Assembly (NCBI GenBank): GCA_046294975.1
Contig: JBKBOH010000007.1
Location: forward strand, 10,250 to 74,249
Origin: Erythrobacter sp.
GTDB lineage: Bacteria; Pseudomonadota; Alphaproteobacteria; Sphingomonadales; Sphingomonadaceae
Direction of reading: 5' to 3'
Length of the DNA: 64,000 bases
Positions 49,643 through 58,380 of this stretch are shown here, in pieces. Below the pieces are notes generated by a model. It had not been told where the DNA came from and made no database searches. It was given only the letters and a program-made list of their open reading frames with translations. The position numbers were made by a program, and so were the translations under genes. The first letter of the stretch is position 1, and the number at the start of each line of letters is the position of its first letter.

Positions 49643-50544
49643 TGTCGGCGGCGACCGAGGCGTTCCTCGCGATGCTCGCCGCCGAGCGCGGCGCGGCTGC
49701 CAACACGCTTGCCGCCTATCGCCGCGATCTCGCGCAGGCCGAGGAAGCGATCGGCGATCTTGCCACCGCGAATCGCGGTGCTGTTGCCACTCTCGCCCAG
49801 GAATGGGGCGCGCTCGCGCCTGCCAGCGTGGCGCGCAAGGCCTCGGCGCTCCGGCAGTTCTTCGGCTTTGCCATCGACGAGGGATGGCGTTCTGACGATC
49901 CGTCGGGCGCGCTCCCGGCCCCGCGCACGCGCCGTCCGCTGCCCAGGGTGCTCGGCCATGCCGACATCGCCGCGCTGTTTGCCCGCGCCGAGCTCGAGGC
50001 AGCCGCCGAGGCTCCGCTTGCGGTGCGTACGCTTGCATTGATCGAGCTGCTCTACGGATCGGGCCTGCGCGCTTCGGAGCTGGTTGGCCTGCCGCTGGTG
50101 GCTGTGCCGCGCGATGCGCCGTTCCTTACCATTACCGGCAAGGGTGGGACAGTGCGGCTGGTACCGGTGGGCCGCCGCGCGCTGGAGGCATTGTCGCGGT
50201 GGCTGGCGCTGCGCCCGGGAATGCCCGCCTCGCGCTACCTGTTCCCATCGACGGGCAAGGTGCCGCACCTCACCCGCGTGCGATTGTTCCAGTTGCTCAA
50301 GGCGCTTGCGGCCCGGGCCGGGCTTGATCCGGCGCGCATCAGCCCGCACGTGCTGCGCCATGCCTTTGCCACCCATCTGCTTGAAGGCGGTGCGGACTTG
50401 CGAAGCTTGCAGACCCTGCTGGGCCACGCCGATATTTCCACCACGCAAATCTACACCCATGTCGAGCCTGCGCGGCTGGTTGCGCTGGTCAATGCACGGC
50501 ATCCTTTGGCGCAGGCGCTTGCCACGCGCCCCGCATCAGACTAG
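49642..50544 (+). CDS. xerD: Tyrosine recombinase XerD
   Basis: NT..AYRRDL, LYGSGLRASEL, GKG, HVLRHAFATHLL.GGADLR, LLGHADISTTQIYTHV; aroK/accA synteny. Confidence 0.9.
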   Translation: MSAATEAFLAMLAAERGAAANTLAAYRRDLAQAEEAIGDLATANRGAVATLAQEWGALAPASVARKASALRQFFGFAIDEGWRSDDPSGALPAPRTRRPLPRVLGHADIAALFARAELEAAAEAPLAVRTLALIELLYGSGLRASELVGLPLVAVPRDAPFLTITGKGGTVRLVPVGRRALEALSRWLALRPGMPASRYLFPSTGKVPHLTRVRLFQLLKALAARAGLDPARISPHVLRHAFATHLLEGGADLRSLQTLLGHADISTTQIYTHVEPARLVALVNARHPLAQALATRPASD

Positions 50545-50553
50545 CGCCACACC

Positions 50554-51498
50554 ATGATTTCCTATCTCGATTTCGAGAAGCCGGTCGCCCAGCTGGAAGA
50601 TCGCATCGCCCAGCTTCGCAGCGTCAACGCGCTGCACGATGTCGATGTCGCAGCTGAGATTGCGCGGCTCGAAGCCAAGAGCACCGAGCTGCTTGCCAGC
50701 ACCTATGCCTCGCTCACCCCGTGGCAGAAGACCCAGGTTGCGCGCCATCCGCAGCGGCCGCATTTCCGCGACTATGTCGCCCATGCTTTCAGCGACTTCA
50801 TGCCGCTGGGCGGGGATCGCTGCTATGGCGATGACTTGGCGATCATGGGCGGGTTTGCCACGCTCAACGGGCGACGGGTGATGCTGATCGGGCACGAAAA
50901 GGGCCACGATACGCAAAGCCGCATTGCCCACAATTTCGGCATGGGCAAACCCGAAGGCTATCGCAAGGCGATCCGCCTGATGGAACTGGCGGGCCGATTC
51001 GGCCTGCCAGTGGTGACGCTGGTGGATACCTCGGGTGCGTTTCCGGGGGTCGAGGCGGAAGAGCGCGGTCAGGCCGAAGCCATCGCCCGCGCAACCGAAG
51101 CCTGCCTTGCGCTGCCGGTGCCGATGGTTGCCGCGATCGTGGGCGAGGGCGGGTCGGGCGGCGCAGTGGCGCTGGCCGCGGCGAACCGGGTGCTCATGAT
51201 GGAACACGCGGTCTATTCGGTGATCAGCCCCGAAGGCTGCGCTTCGATCTTGTGGCGCACCTCGGAAAAGGCCCCCGAAGCGGCGCAGGCGATGAAGGTC
51301 ACGGCCCAGCATCTGAAACGCGACAACGTGATCGACCGGATCGTAAAGGAGCCGGTCGGCGGCGCCCAGCGTGATCCGGTGGCTGCGGCGCGAATGCTCG
51401 GCGCGGCCCTGACCGAGGAAATCGATCTGCTTTCGGGCATGGATGGCGCGGCGGTGATCGCCCAGCGCGAAGCGCGCTTCCTTGCCATCGGCGGTTAA
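50554..51498 (+). CDS. accA: Acetyl-CoA carboxylase carboxyltransferase alpha
   Basis: LDFEKP, ARHPQRP, NFGM..PEGYRKA, GEGGSGGA, YSVISPEGCA. Confidence 0.96.
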   Translation: MISYLDFEKPVAQLEDRIAQLRSVNALHDVDVAAEIARLEAKSTELLASTYASLTPWQKTQVARHPQRPHFRDYVAHAFSDFMPLGGDRCYGDDLAIMGGFATLNGRRVMLIGHEKGHDTQSRIAHNFGMGKPEGYRKAIRLMELAGRFGLPVVTLVDTSGAFPGVEAEERGQAEAIARATEACLALPVPMVAAIVGEGGSGGAVALAAANRVLMMEHAVYSVISPEGCASILWRTSEKAPEAAQAMKVTAQHLKRDNVIDRIVKEPVGGAQRDPVAAARMLGAALTEEIDLLSGMDGAAVIAQREARFLAIGG

Positions 51499-51589
51499 GG
51501 TTGCCTTGGCCAGATCTTGCTCTGCGCGGGTTTCCGGATAGGCTTGGGCCAGAACGGAACAATCGGCGATGCAGGACAAGGGAGCGATC

Positions 51590-53068
51590 ATGGCACGATT
51601 TTCACGCAGACAACTTGCACTTGGCGCGGCTGCGCTGGCGCTGGTGGGTTCGGCGGGAGCCGGGGGTGCGGCGCAGACCCCCCGCTCCGGCAGCGCCATC
51701 ACCCCGCAGGAAGCGCAGATGGGTGCGCAGTATCACCCCCAATTCCTTGCCGAATTCGGTGGAGCGATGAGCGGGCCGCATGCCGCCTATGTCGAGCAGG
51801 TGGGCAAGAACATCGCGGTGCAATCGGGCCTCGGCAATGCGCGCGACAGCTTTACCGTCAGCCTGCTGAATTCGCCGGTGAACAACGCCTTCGCGGTGCC
51901 GGGCGGCTATATCTACACCACCCGCCAGCTGGTGACGCTGATGAACAACGAGGCGGAACTGGCGGCGGTGCTCGGCCACGAGGTCGGCCATGTCGCCGCG
52001 CGCCACAGCCAGCGGCGGCAGAAAGCCGCGCAGCGCAATTCGATTTTTGGTATTCTCGGCGCGATCGGTTCCTCGATCCTGCTGGGCGATTCGCAGCTCG
52101 GCAACACCCTGTCGCGCACCTTCATGGAAGGCTCGCAGTTGCTCACCTTGCGGTTCTCGCGCAAGCAGGAATTGCAGGCGGATGATCTGGGCATCCAGTA
52201 TCTCGCCCGCGCGGGCTATGATCGCCGCGCCATGGCCACGGTGCTGGCGAGCCTTGCCGCGCAGAACGCGCTCGATGCGCGGCTGGCGGGACGCAATGCG
52301 AGCGTGCCCGAATGGGCCTCGACCCACCCCGATCCGGCCAGCCGGGTCAAGGGCGCGCTTGCCAAGGCCGGCAATGGCGCGGGCGGTGTCACCAATCGCG
52401 ACACCTTCCTCACCCGGATCGACGGGCTGCTCTATGGCGACGATCCGGCGCAGGGAATGATCGAGGGTAGCCAGTTCATTCATCCCGATCTGCGGCTGTC
52501 GTTCACCGCACCCCAGGGCTTCTACATGGTCAACGGCACCACGGCGGTGACCATCCAGGGGCAGGGCGGACAGGCGCAAATGACGCTCGCGCCCTACAAC
52601 GGCAATCTCGATAGCTATGTGCGCAGCGCCTTTGCCGCACTTGGCGGGAAGGACGCGACGCTCGCGCCGCAGCAGTTGGAGCGCACCACGGTCAACGGCC
52701 TGCCCGCGGCCTATGGCGTGGCGCGGGTGAACAATGGCAATGCGCAGGTCGATGTGGTTGTCTATGCCTATGAATTCGCCCGCGATCGGGCCTATCACTT
52801 CACCGCGATCGCCCCAGCGGGGCGGGCGGGAACGTTCAATTCGATGTTCCAGTCGATGCGGCGGATCACCGCGGGCGAGGCGGCCGCGGTGGTTCCGAAG
52901 AAATTGCAGGTAGTGACAGTGGCGCGCGGCGACACCGTGGCGAGCTTGGCGCGGCGCATGGCCTATCCAAGCGCGCAGGAGGAACGCTTCCTCGTGCTCA
53001 ACGCCCTGCGCCCCGGAGACGCGCTGGCTCCGGGGCAGAAGGTCAAGATCGTGGTGCGTGCGCGCTAG
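51590..53068 (+). CDS. Exported M48 metalloprotease with C-terminal LysM-like domain
   Basis: NAFAVPGG, HEVGH zinc motif, E.QAD, STHP; VARGDTVASLA near the C-terminus. Confidence 0.88.
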   Translation: MARFSRRQLALGAAALALVGSAGAGGAAQTPRSGSAITPQEAQMGAQYHPQFLAEFGGAMSGPHAAYVEQVGKNIAVQSGLGNARDSFTVSLLNSPVNNAFAVPGGYIYTTRQLVTLMNNEAELAAVLGHEVGHVAARHSQRRQKAAQRNSIFGILGAIGSSILLGDSQLGNTLSRTFMEGSQLLTLRFSRKQELQADDLGIQYLARAGYDRRAMATVLASLAAQNALDARLAGRNASVPEWASTHPDPASRVKGALAKAGNGAGGVTNRDTFLTRIDGLLYGDDPAQGMIEGSQFIHPDLRLSFTAPQGFYMVNGTTAVTIQGQGGQAQMTLAPYNGNLDSYVRSAFAALGGKDATLAPQQLERTTVNGLPAAYGVARVNNGNAQVDVVVYAYEFARDRAYHFTAIAPAGRAGTFNSMFQSMRRITAGEAAAVVPKKLQVVTVARGDTVASLARRMAYPSAQEERFLVLNALRPGDALAPGQKVKIVVRAR

Positions 53069-53093
53069 GGCAGGTTATGGACGGCACGCACAA

Positions 53094-53132
53094 ACGAAAA
53101 GCGGCGGAGGTTGCCCTCCGCCGCTTCGCGTT
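53094..53132. terminator. Terminator hairpin between convergent genes
   Basis: AAGCGGCGGAGG-TTGC-CCTCCGCCGCTT with an A tract on the left. Confidence 0.75.
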
Positions 53133-53149
53133 AAAGCCTGGTGCCGGAA

Positions 53150-53329
53150 TTACGCGCTGCCGGTGCCCGGCGACATCTTTTGCGAAACATTGTTGAAGGT
53201 GCCCTGCAGGGTGGTGCCGAGCGACTGCATGCCGACGATAGCAGCCACGGCGATGAGCGCGGCGATCAGGCCGTATTCGATGGCGGTCGCGCCAGCTTCA
53301 TCACGGATGAGGTTCTTGAAAAAGGTCAT
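53150..53329 (-). CDS. Flp/type IVb pilin
   Basis: GATAIEYGLIAALIA prepilin motif; GGAG SD. Confidence 0.92.
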   Translation of the reverse strand: MTFFKNLIRDEAGATAIEYGLIAALIAVAAIVGMQSLGTTLQGTFNNVSQKMSPGTGSA

Positions 53330-53412
53330 GTTTAGTCTCCTGGTTTCGGTCTTCGGTACCCACACCGTTCCGCTTGGCCCGGCCCGGTAGTTGCATTTTT
53401 AAGAAGCAAGAA

Positions 53413-53428
53413 TTGAGAAATTCCTAAC
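53413..53428. promoter_or_regulatory. Degenerate CtrA-box-like site upstream of pilin 1
   Basis: TTGA-GAAATTC-CTAAC versus TTAA-N7-TTAAC. Confidence 0.4.
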
Positions 53429-53444
53429 TCGACACGCTGCGATG

Positions 53445-53627
53445 TCAGGATCCCATGGCTTCCACAGACGCCGTCTCGACGTTGCGCCACGTCCCGATTG
53501 TCACGTCAGCGACAGATTGGAGCGAGACGATCATGGCAACAACGATGAGAGCAACGATCAGTCCGTATTCGACGGCGGTGGCGCCAGAGGTGTCGTCCCT
53601 CATGGTCCGGAGAAAGGTCGTCATCAT
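53445..53627 (-). CDS. Flp/type IVb pilin (second copy)
   Basis: GATAVEYGLIVALIV prepilin motif. Confidence 0.88.
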   Translation of the reverse strand: MMTTFLRTMRDDTSGATAVEYGLIVALIVVAMIVSLQSVADVTIGTWRNVETASVEAMGS

Positions 53628-53681
53628 CTTGCGGGCACCTGTCTATTGCGTCCTGACGAGGCCGAAAATCGGATGGGCGGA

Positions 53682-53696
53682 TTAAGAAAAGGTTAT
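53682..53696. promoter_or_regulatory. CtrA-box-like site upstream of pilin 2
   Basis: TTAA-GAAAAGG-TTAT, one mismatch to TTAA-N7-TTAA. Confidence 0.55.
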
Positions 53697-53706
53697 CGAG
53701 CGGCAC

Positions 53707-54138
53707 ATGAATGGAAAAATATCCGACGCGGCATCGGGCTGGATCGCGGTGGTGGCAGGGGCGCTGAAACATGCCGACGGGCGCTGGCTGATGCATCAGC
53801 GCCCGCCCGGCAAGCACCATGCCGGCCTCTGGGAGTTTCCGGGGGGCAAAGTGGAACCCGATGAAATTCCATCACAATCTCTGAGTCGCGAGCTGCACGA
53901 GGAACTGGGTATCCGGTGTGATCCTGCAACGCTGGCGCCTGCCGGCTTCGCCGAAACCCGTGTGCCGGAGGCAGGTCGCCAGATTGTCATCCTGCTTTAC
54001 ACCGTCACCCGCTGGCGCGGCGCGCCGGCGGCGCTCGAAGGCGGGGCGGTGGGCTGGTTCACGCCCGCCGAGGCACGCGTCCTGCCGATGCCGCCGCTCG
54101 ATCAAGTGCTTGCCGCGCAGCTGTTCCAAAATCGCTGA
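53707..54138 (+). CDS. mutT: NUDIX hydrolase, MutT-like
   Basis: WEFPGGKVE..E......RELHEELG Nudix box. Confidence 0.85.
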   Translation: MNGKISDAASGWIAVVAGALKHADGRWLMHQRPPGKHHAGLWEFPGGKVEPDEIPSQSLSRELHEELGIRCDPATLAPAGFAETRVPEAGRQIVILLYTVTRWRGAPAALEGGAVGWFTPAEARVLPMPPLDQVLAAQLFQNR

Positions 54139-54198
54139 TAGATCGCAAAAGCCCCTTGCCAAGCATGGCCGACCCCCCTAAGTGCGCCGCTCCAGCGC

Positions 54199-54275
54199 GC
54201 ACCCGTAGCTCAGCTGGATAGAGCACCAGACTACGAATCTGGGGGTCAGAGGTTCGAATCCTTTCGGGTGCGCCA
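54199..54275 (+). tRNA. tRNA-Arg (anticodon ACG)
   Basis: GCACCCG/CGGGTGC acceptor stem, D arm, CCAGA-CTACGAA-TCTGG anticodon arm, GGTTCGAATCC T loop, encoded CCA. Confidence 0.97.
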
Positions 54276-54314
54276 ACAAGGCCCGCTTCCTCGCAAGAGG
54301 AGGCGGGCCTTGTT
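54275..54314. terminator. Hairpin terminator after tRNA-Arg
   Basis: AACAAGGCCCGCTTCCTC-GCAA-GAGGAGGCGGGCCTTGTT. Confidence 0.75.
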
Positions 54315-54444
54315 GGTTCTGGGCTCGTTTGCCCTCGCGGCAAATCGCTGCGCGATCGCCTCCGGGTGGGCGGGCTCACCGGCGCGTGGCCGGTCGGCCT
54401 TGCGGTGCCGCTGGCACCGATGTGCGCCGTATCGCGCGCACCTT

Positions 54445-54834
54445 TTATTCCCCCACGCTCTCCTCAAGCGCGTCCATATCCGCGTCCGACAGGCCGAAAT
54501 GGTGCCCGGCCTCGTGGATCACCACGTGGCGCACCAGTTCGGCAAAGCCGACGCCGGTTTCCTCCAGCTCGGCCAGCAGCGGCTGGCGAAACAGGCTTAT
54601 CACCGGCGGCATCCGCTCGTGATCCCATTGCGATTGTTCGGTAAGGGCAATGCCTTCATACAGTCCGGTCAGCTCGTAAGGATCATCGATCCCGACCGCG
54701 GCGAGCTGTTCCGCGCTGGCGAACTCGGCCACCCGCAGCACCACATCATCGAGGCGGTCGCGGAACGGTTGCGGCAGGCCACGCAACACTTTGCGCGCCT
54801 GCTGTTCAAACTCGGCGGGACTGGGGCTGGGCAC
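54445..54834 (-). CDS. Minimal zincin-like metallopeptidase (DUF1025-like)
   Basis: LTGLYEG, I.LFRQP, HEAGHHFGLSD. Confidence 0.85.
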   Translation of the reverse strand: MPSPSPAEFEQQARKVLRGLPQPFRDRLDDVVLRVAEFASAEQLAAVGIDDPYELTGLYEGIALTEQSQWDHERMPPVISLFRQPLLAELEETGVGFAELVRHVVIHEAGHHFGLSDADMDALEESVGE

Positions 54835-55044
54835 GCGGCATGTCCTTTTTTCCGGCGCCGAAGGGATGCATTGCGCCTTTTGCGTCCTACATTGCGTATT
54901 ATGAGGCCTGACAGCATTGGTGCAACCGGCGCAAGCTGTGGAACGTCAGGCGATTTGGACGGTTAGAGTGTCGCGGGATCGACCGGAGAGGGGCGTGGGG
55001 CCGCACGGGCCTGATTGCCAGTTTGCGAAGAAAGACCAGACAGC

Positions 55045-55665
55045 ATGAATTATGTTTGCGCGCATGATGACGAATTCGATCCCGACAATCCGCTCGGCAA
55101 ACCGGACGTGCCAGACCATGTGCAGGATGCGATCCGCACCCTGATCGAATGGGCCGGCGATGATCCGGCGCGCGAAGGGCTGCTCGACACGCCCAAGCGC
55201 GTTGCGCGCGCCTGGCTGGAATATTGCGCGGGCTACAAGGAAGATCCGGCGATGCATCTCGCGCGCCAGTTTTCCGAAGTGGGCGGCTATGACGAGATCG
55301 TGATCCTCAAGGACATCCCCTTCCAGTCGCATTGCGAACACCACATGGCGCCGATCACCGGCAAGGCGGCGATTGCCTATCTGCCGCGCAACAAGGTGGT
55401 CGGCATTTCCAAGCTGGCCCGCGTGTTGCACGGCTTTGCTCACCGCTTGCAGATCCAGGAACGCCTGACCGCCGAGGTCGCGCAGTGCATCTGGGACAAT
55501 CTCGAACCGCATGGCGTGGCCGTGGTGATCGAAGCCCAGCACGGCTGCATGACCGGGCGCGGGGTCAAGACCCACGGGGTCGAGATGGTCACCAGCCGCA
55601 TCCTCGGCTGCTTCATGGATGATGATCGCAGCCGCAAGGAAGTGATGAGCCTGATGGGCTATTGA
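55045..55665 (+). CDS. folE: GTP cyclohydrolase I
   Basis: GDDPAREGL.DTPKRV, CEHH, GISKLAR, QIQERLT, H.CM..RGV. Confidence 0.95.
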   Translation: MNYVCAHDDEFDPDNPLGKPDVPDHVQDAIRTLIEWAGDDPAREGLLDTPKRVARAWLEYCAGYKEDPAMHLARQFSEVGGYDEIVILKDIPFQSHCEHHMAPITGKAAIAYLPRNKVVGISKLARVLHGFAHRLQIQERLTAEVAQCIWDNLEPHGVAVVIEAQHGCMTGRGVKTHGVEMVTSRILGCFMDDDRSRKEVMSLMGY

Positions 55666-55822
55666 TCGGCCTGTCTGCGATTAACTGCATGTTTATAAAT
55701 GATATTTCTCCTTGCATGTGATGAAATAGCATTACTTTTGCTTGGATGCGGGGCGCTTGGCTGCTAGGCTCCAAGCAATCACCGGCTGGATCAAAAGGCC
55801 GGGATAAGGCAGGAGACCGATA

Positions 55823-56269
55823 ATGAACAAGCTTGCTTTGGCGGGCCTTGTGGCAGCCGGCTTTGCCGCTTCGCCGGCGCTCGCGCTTGAGCATGAAGTG
55901 GTGATCGATCGCGCGCACGGCCCGATTGCGGCCGATTACAAGGGGTCGGTGTCGATCGAAACCACCCAGGTCGGTGCCGCCGACGTTGCCGGGCGCCCCA
56001 GCACATTGGCCTGCCGCTGGACCGCCTCGCTCATCCTCGAACGGGTCGCCCGCGTCGGCCAGGGCCTCCAGTCGCGCCGCTCGCTGAGCAGCAAGGGCGT
56101 GGCCAGCGGCGCACGTCCGGGCTGGTGCGAAACCAACGCCAAGGCGATCGAAAAGCTGGTTGATGCCCGCAGCGATACCTTCCGCACCGCCATGCTCGCG
56201 CTGGGCGAGCGTGACCGCGCCGCCATTCTTGCCGAGGCCGAAAGCGCCAGCAAGACCAGTGGCGGCTGA
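55823..56269 (+). CDS. Secreted hypothetical protein
   Basis: GGAG SD, signal peptide (PALA), Cys pair CRW...GWC. Confidence 0.7.
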   Translation: MNKLALAGLVAAGFAASPALALEHEVVIDRAHGPIAADYKGSVSIETTQVGAADVAGRPSTLACRWTASLILERVARVGQGLQSRRSLSSKGVASGARPGWCETNAKAIEKLVDARSDTFRTAMLALGERDRAAILAEAESASKTSGG

Positions 56270-56406
56270 TCCGCCTGACAGGACGGGCGGAATGAGGGGA
56301 GTCGGCGCGCAGGGGTGCCCCTTTTTCGTATTTGCGATGAAGGCCAAAGCGTCATAGCCTGTGCTCCGGGATCCACCCGATGGCCTAACCAAGGAGCACC
56401 ACAACG

Positions 56407-56940
56407 ATGATCCGCACGCACACCTCTCGTCTTGTTCTCATCGCTGCGCTGGCTGCGGCACTGGCCGCCTGTTCGGGCGAGGCCCCGGCCGACAAGCCCG
56501 CCGAAACCGCTTCTGCCGATGCCACCGCTGCCGCAGGTGCGCCGGTCGATGTGGCGGCCGTGCTCAAGCAGCGCGAGGACAACTTCGAGGCGATCGGCGA
56601 TGCCTTCAAGGCAATCCGCGGCACGCTGGAAAAAGATGCGCCGGATTTTGCGCTGATCGCCACCAACGCGAGTGACATCAACACCCGCGCCAAGCTGATC
56701 GAAACGCACTTCCCGGCCGGCACCAGCGTGGATGATGGCCTCAAGACCGAGGCGCTGGCGACGATCTGGCAGAAGCCCGACGAATTCAAGGCCGCCGGCC
56801 AGAAGCTGATCGACGAAAGCGCCAAGCTGGCCGAGCTGGCCAAGGGTGGTGACAAGGCGGCGGTGGGCGCGCAGGCGATGGCGATGGGCGGCGCGTGCAA
56901 GGGCTGCCATGACAAGTTCCGGCTCGACGACAAGAAGTAG
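56407..56940 (+). CDS. Cytochrome c' / c556 (class II), lipoprotein
   Basis: Lipobox LAAC, FP.GT, IW.K.DEF, C-terminal CKGCHDKFR. Confidence 0.9.
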   Translation: MIRTHTSRLVLIAALAAALAACSGEAPADKPAETASADATAAAGAPVDVAAVLKQREDNFEAIGDAFKAIRGTLEKDAPDFALIATNASDINTRAKLIETHFPAGTSVDDGLKTEALATIWQKPDEFKAAGQKLIDESAKLAELAKGGDKAAVGAQAMAMGGACKGCHDKFRLDDKK

Positions 56941-56946
56941 GTTTGC

Positions 56947-57636
56947 ATGAGCGAGCCTGATGCCGCGCAACCTGCGCTCGCGCCTGATGTGAGGGTGTGG
57001 GACGGGCTGCTGCGCCTCGCCCACTGGAGCTTTCCGCTGCTGATCGTGATCATGTGGTGGAGCGCGGAAAACGACAAGTGGGCGCTGCATCGCCGTGCCG
57101 GGCTGGTGCTGCTCGGGGTGCTGGTGTTCCGGGTGGTGTGGGGCTTTATCGGCCCCGAAACCGCGCGTTTTGCACAGTTTGTCAAAGGGCCGGGCGCAGT
57201 GCTCGCCTATCTGCGCGGGGACAGGAACGCAGGGCCGGCGATCGGCCATTCGCCGCTTGGCGGGTGGAGCACGCTGGTGCTGCTCGGCGCCATGCTGCTG
57301 CAGGTGGGCATGGGCCTGTTTGCGGGCGATCCCTATGACGGGATGACCGGGCCGCTCAATCCGCTGGTCGGCGTGTCGCTGGCTGATACCATCACCGATT
57401 GGCACGAGGCTTTCTTCAACGTGCTGCTCGGCCTGATCGTGCTGCATCTGGCCGCGATCACCTTTTACGCGGTGCGCGGCAATGATCTGGTCAGCCCGAT
57501 GGTGGGCGGGGCACGTCCGCCGCTCGCGGGTGTGGCCGGGATTGGTCCCCTGCCGTGGCTGCGCGCCGCGCTGGCGCTGGGGCTGGCAGGCGGGCTGGCA
57601 CTGTGGGTGGCCTATGGCGCGCCGCCGCTGACCTGA
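56947..57636 (+). CDS. Cytochrome b (Ni-hydrogenase/b561-like) membrane protein
   Basis: VWD...RL.HW, H...G, R.VWG..G...ARF..F, GHSPLGG, WHE, LHL.A. Confidence 0.88.
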   Translation: MSEPDAAQPALAPDVRVWDGLLRLAHWSFPLLIVIMWWSAENDKWALHRRAGLVLLGVLVFRVVWGFIGPETARFAQFVKGPGAVLAYLRGDRNAGPAIGHSPLGGWSTLVLLGAMLLQVGMGLFAGDPYDGMTGPLNPLVGVSLADTITDWHEAFFNVLLGLIVLHLAAITFYAVRGNDLVSPMVGGARPPLAGVAGIGPLPWLRAALALGLAGGLALWVAYGAPPLT

Positions 57637-57657
57637 AGCCTGTGCGGAACCAACGAA

Positions 57658-57692
57658 AAAGGGGTGCTTCCCGCGATGGAAAGCACCCCTTT
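57658..57692. terminator. Bidirectional terminator
   Basis: AAAGGGGTGCTT...AAGCACCCCTTT between convergent genes. Confidence 0.75.
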
Positions 57693-57718
57693 CAATTCGG
57701 TGGCTTAGGCGCTGCGTC

Positions 57719-58198
57719 TTACAGCTGGCCAAGCATATGCTCCGCGCTCGACACCTTGAAATCGCCCGGTTGCTCGACGTTGAGCTGTTCCACCACGCCG
57801 TCGTTGATCACCATCGAGAAGCGCTGGCCGCGCTTGCCCATGCCAAAGCCCGAACCGTCCATGGTGAGGCCCAGCGCCTCGACGAAATCGGCATTGCCGT
57901 CGGCCAGCATGGTGATGTCGTCGCTGCCGGCGGCCTTGTTCCACGCGCCCATCACAAAGGCATCATTGACCGCGGTGCCGACGATCTCGTCGATGCCCTT
58001 GGCCTTGAGTTCGGCGGCCTTTTCGACGAAGCCCGGCAGGTGCTTGGCCGAACAGGTGGGGGTGAAGGCCCCGGGAACCGAGAACAACGCGACGCGCTTG
58101 CCGGCGAAATAGTCGCTCGACTTGACCGGCTGCGGGCCTTCGGCGGTGGCTTTCACCAGCGTGACATCGGGGAGCTTGTCGCCAACGGAGATGGTCAT
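57719..58198 (-). CDS. Peroxiredoxin (Prx5/type II)
   Basis: [27 protein letters not shown]. Confidence 0.92.
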   Translation of the reverse strand: MTISVGDKLPDVTLVKATAEGPQPVKSSDYFAGKRVALFSVPGAFTPTCSAKHLPGFVEKAAELKAKGIDEIVGTAVNDAFVMGAWNKAAGSDDITMLADGNADFVEALGLTMDGSGFGMGKRGQRFSMVINDGVVEQLNVEQPGDFKVSSAEHMLGQL

Positions 58199-58273
58199 GT
58201 GTGTCGTCCTTCCTGACAGGGGCCTTTCAAGCCTTTCCTATAGCGGTCTCGTGCGCGCGGGCAACAAATAGAC

Positions 58274-58293
58274 ATATAAAGATAAGTTTATAT
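58274..58293. promoter_or_regulatory. SahR-operator-like palindrome upstream of ahcY
   Basis: ATATAAA-GATAAG-TTTATAT AT-rich inverted repeat in a high-GC background. Confidence 0.6.
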
Positions 58294-58380
58294 TTGCTTC
58301 GGGCAGGCCTTGCGGCTAGGGGCGGGGCAGGAGCAGACCCCGCGAATGCGGGCTCCGATCTGCGCTTAGGAGACACGCAC

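Noticed and set aside
49642-50544. Tyrosine recombinase as a possible prophage or island integrase
   Set aside because: XerD motifs, host-like composition and housekeeping aroK/accA context; no att repeats or cargo
54199-54450. tRNA-Arg as an island integration site
   Set aside because: Followed directly by its terminator and core genes; no duplicated tRNA 3' end seen in the window
58325-58372. GGAGC/GCTCC hairpin in the ahcY leader as an SAH riboswitch
   Set aside because: Lacks the conserved GAGGAGCG...UGC core and matching pseudoknot; the SahR-like operator explains regulation more simply
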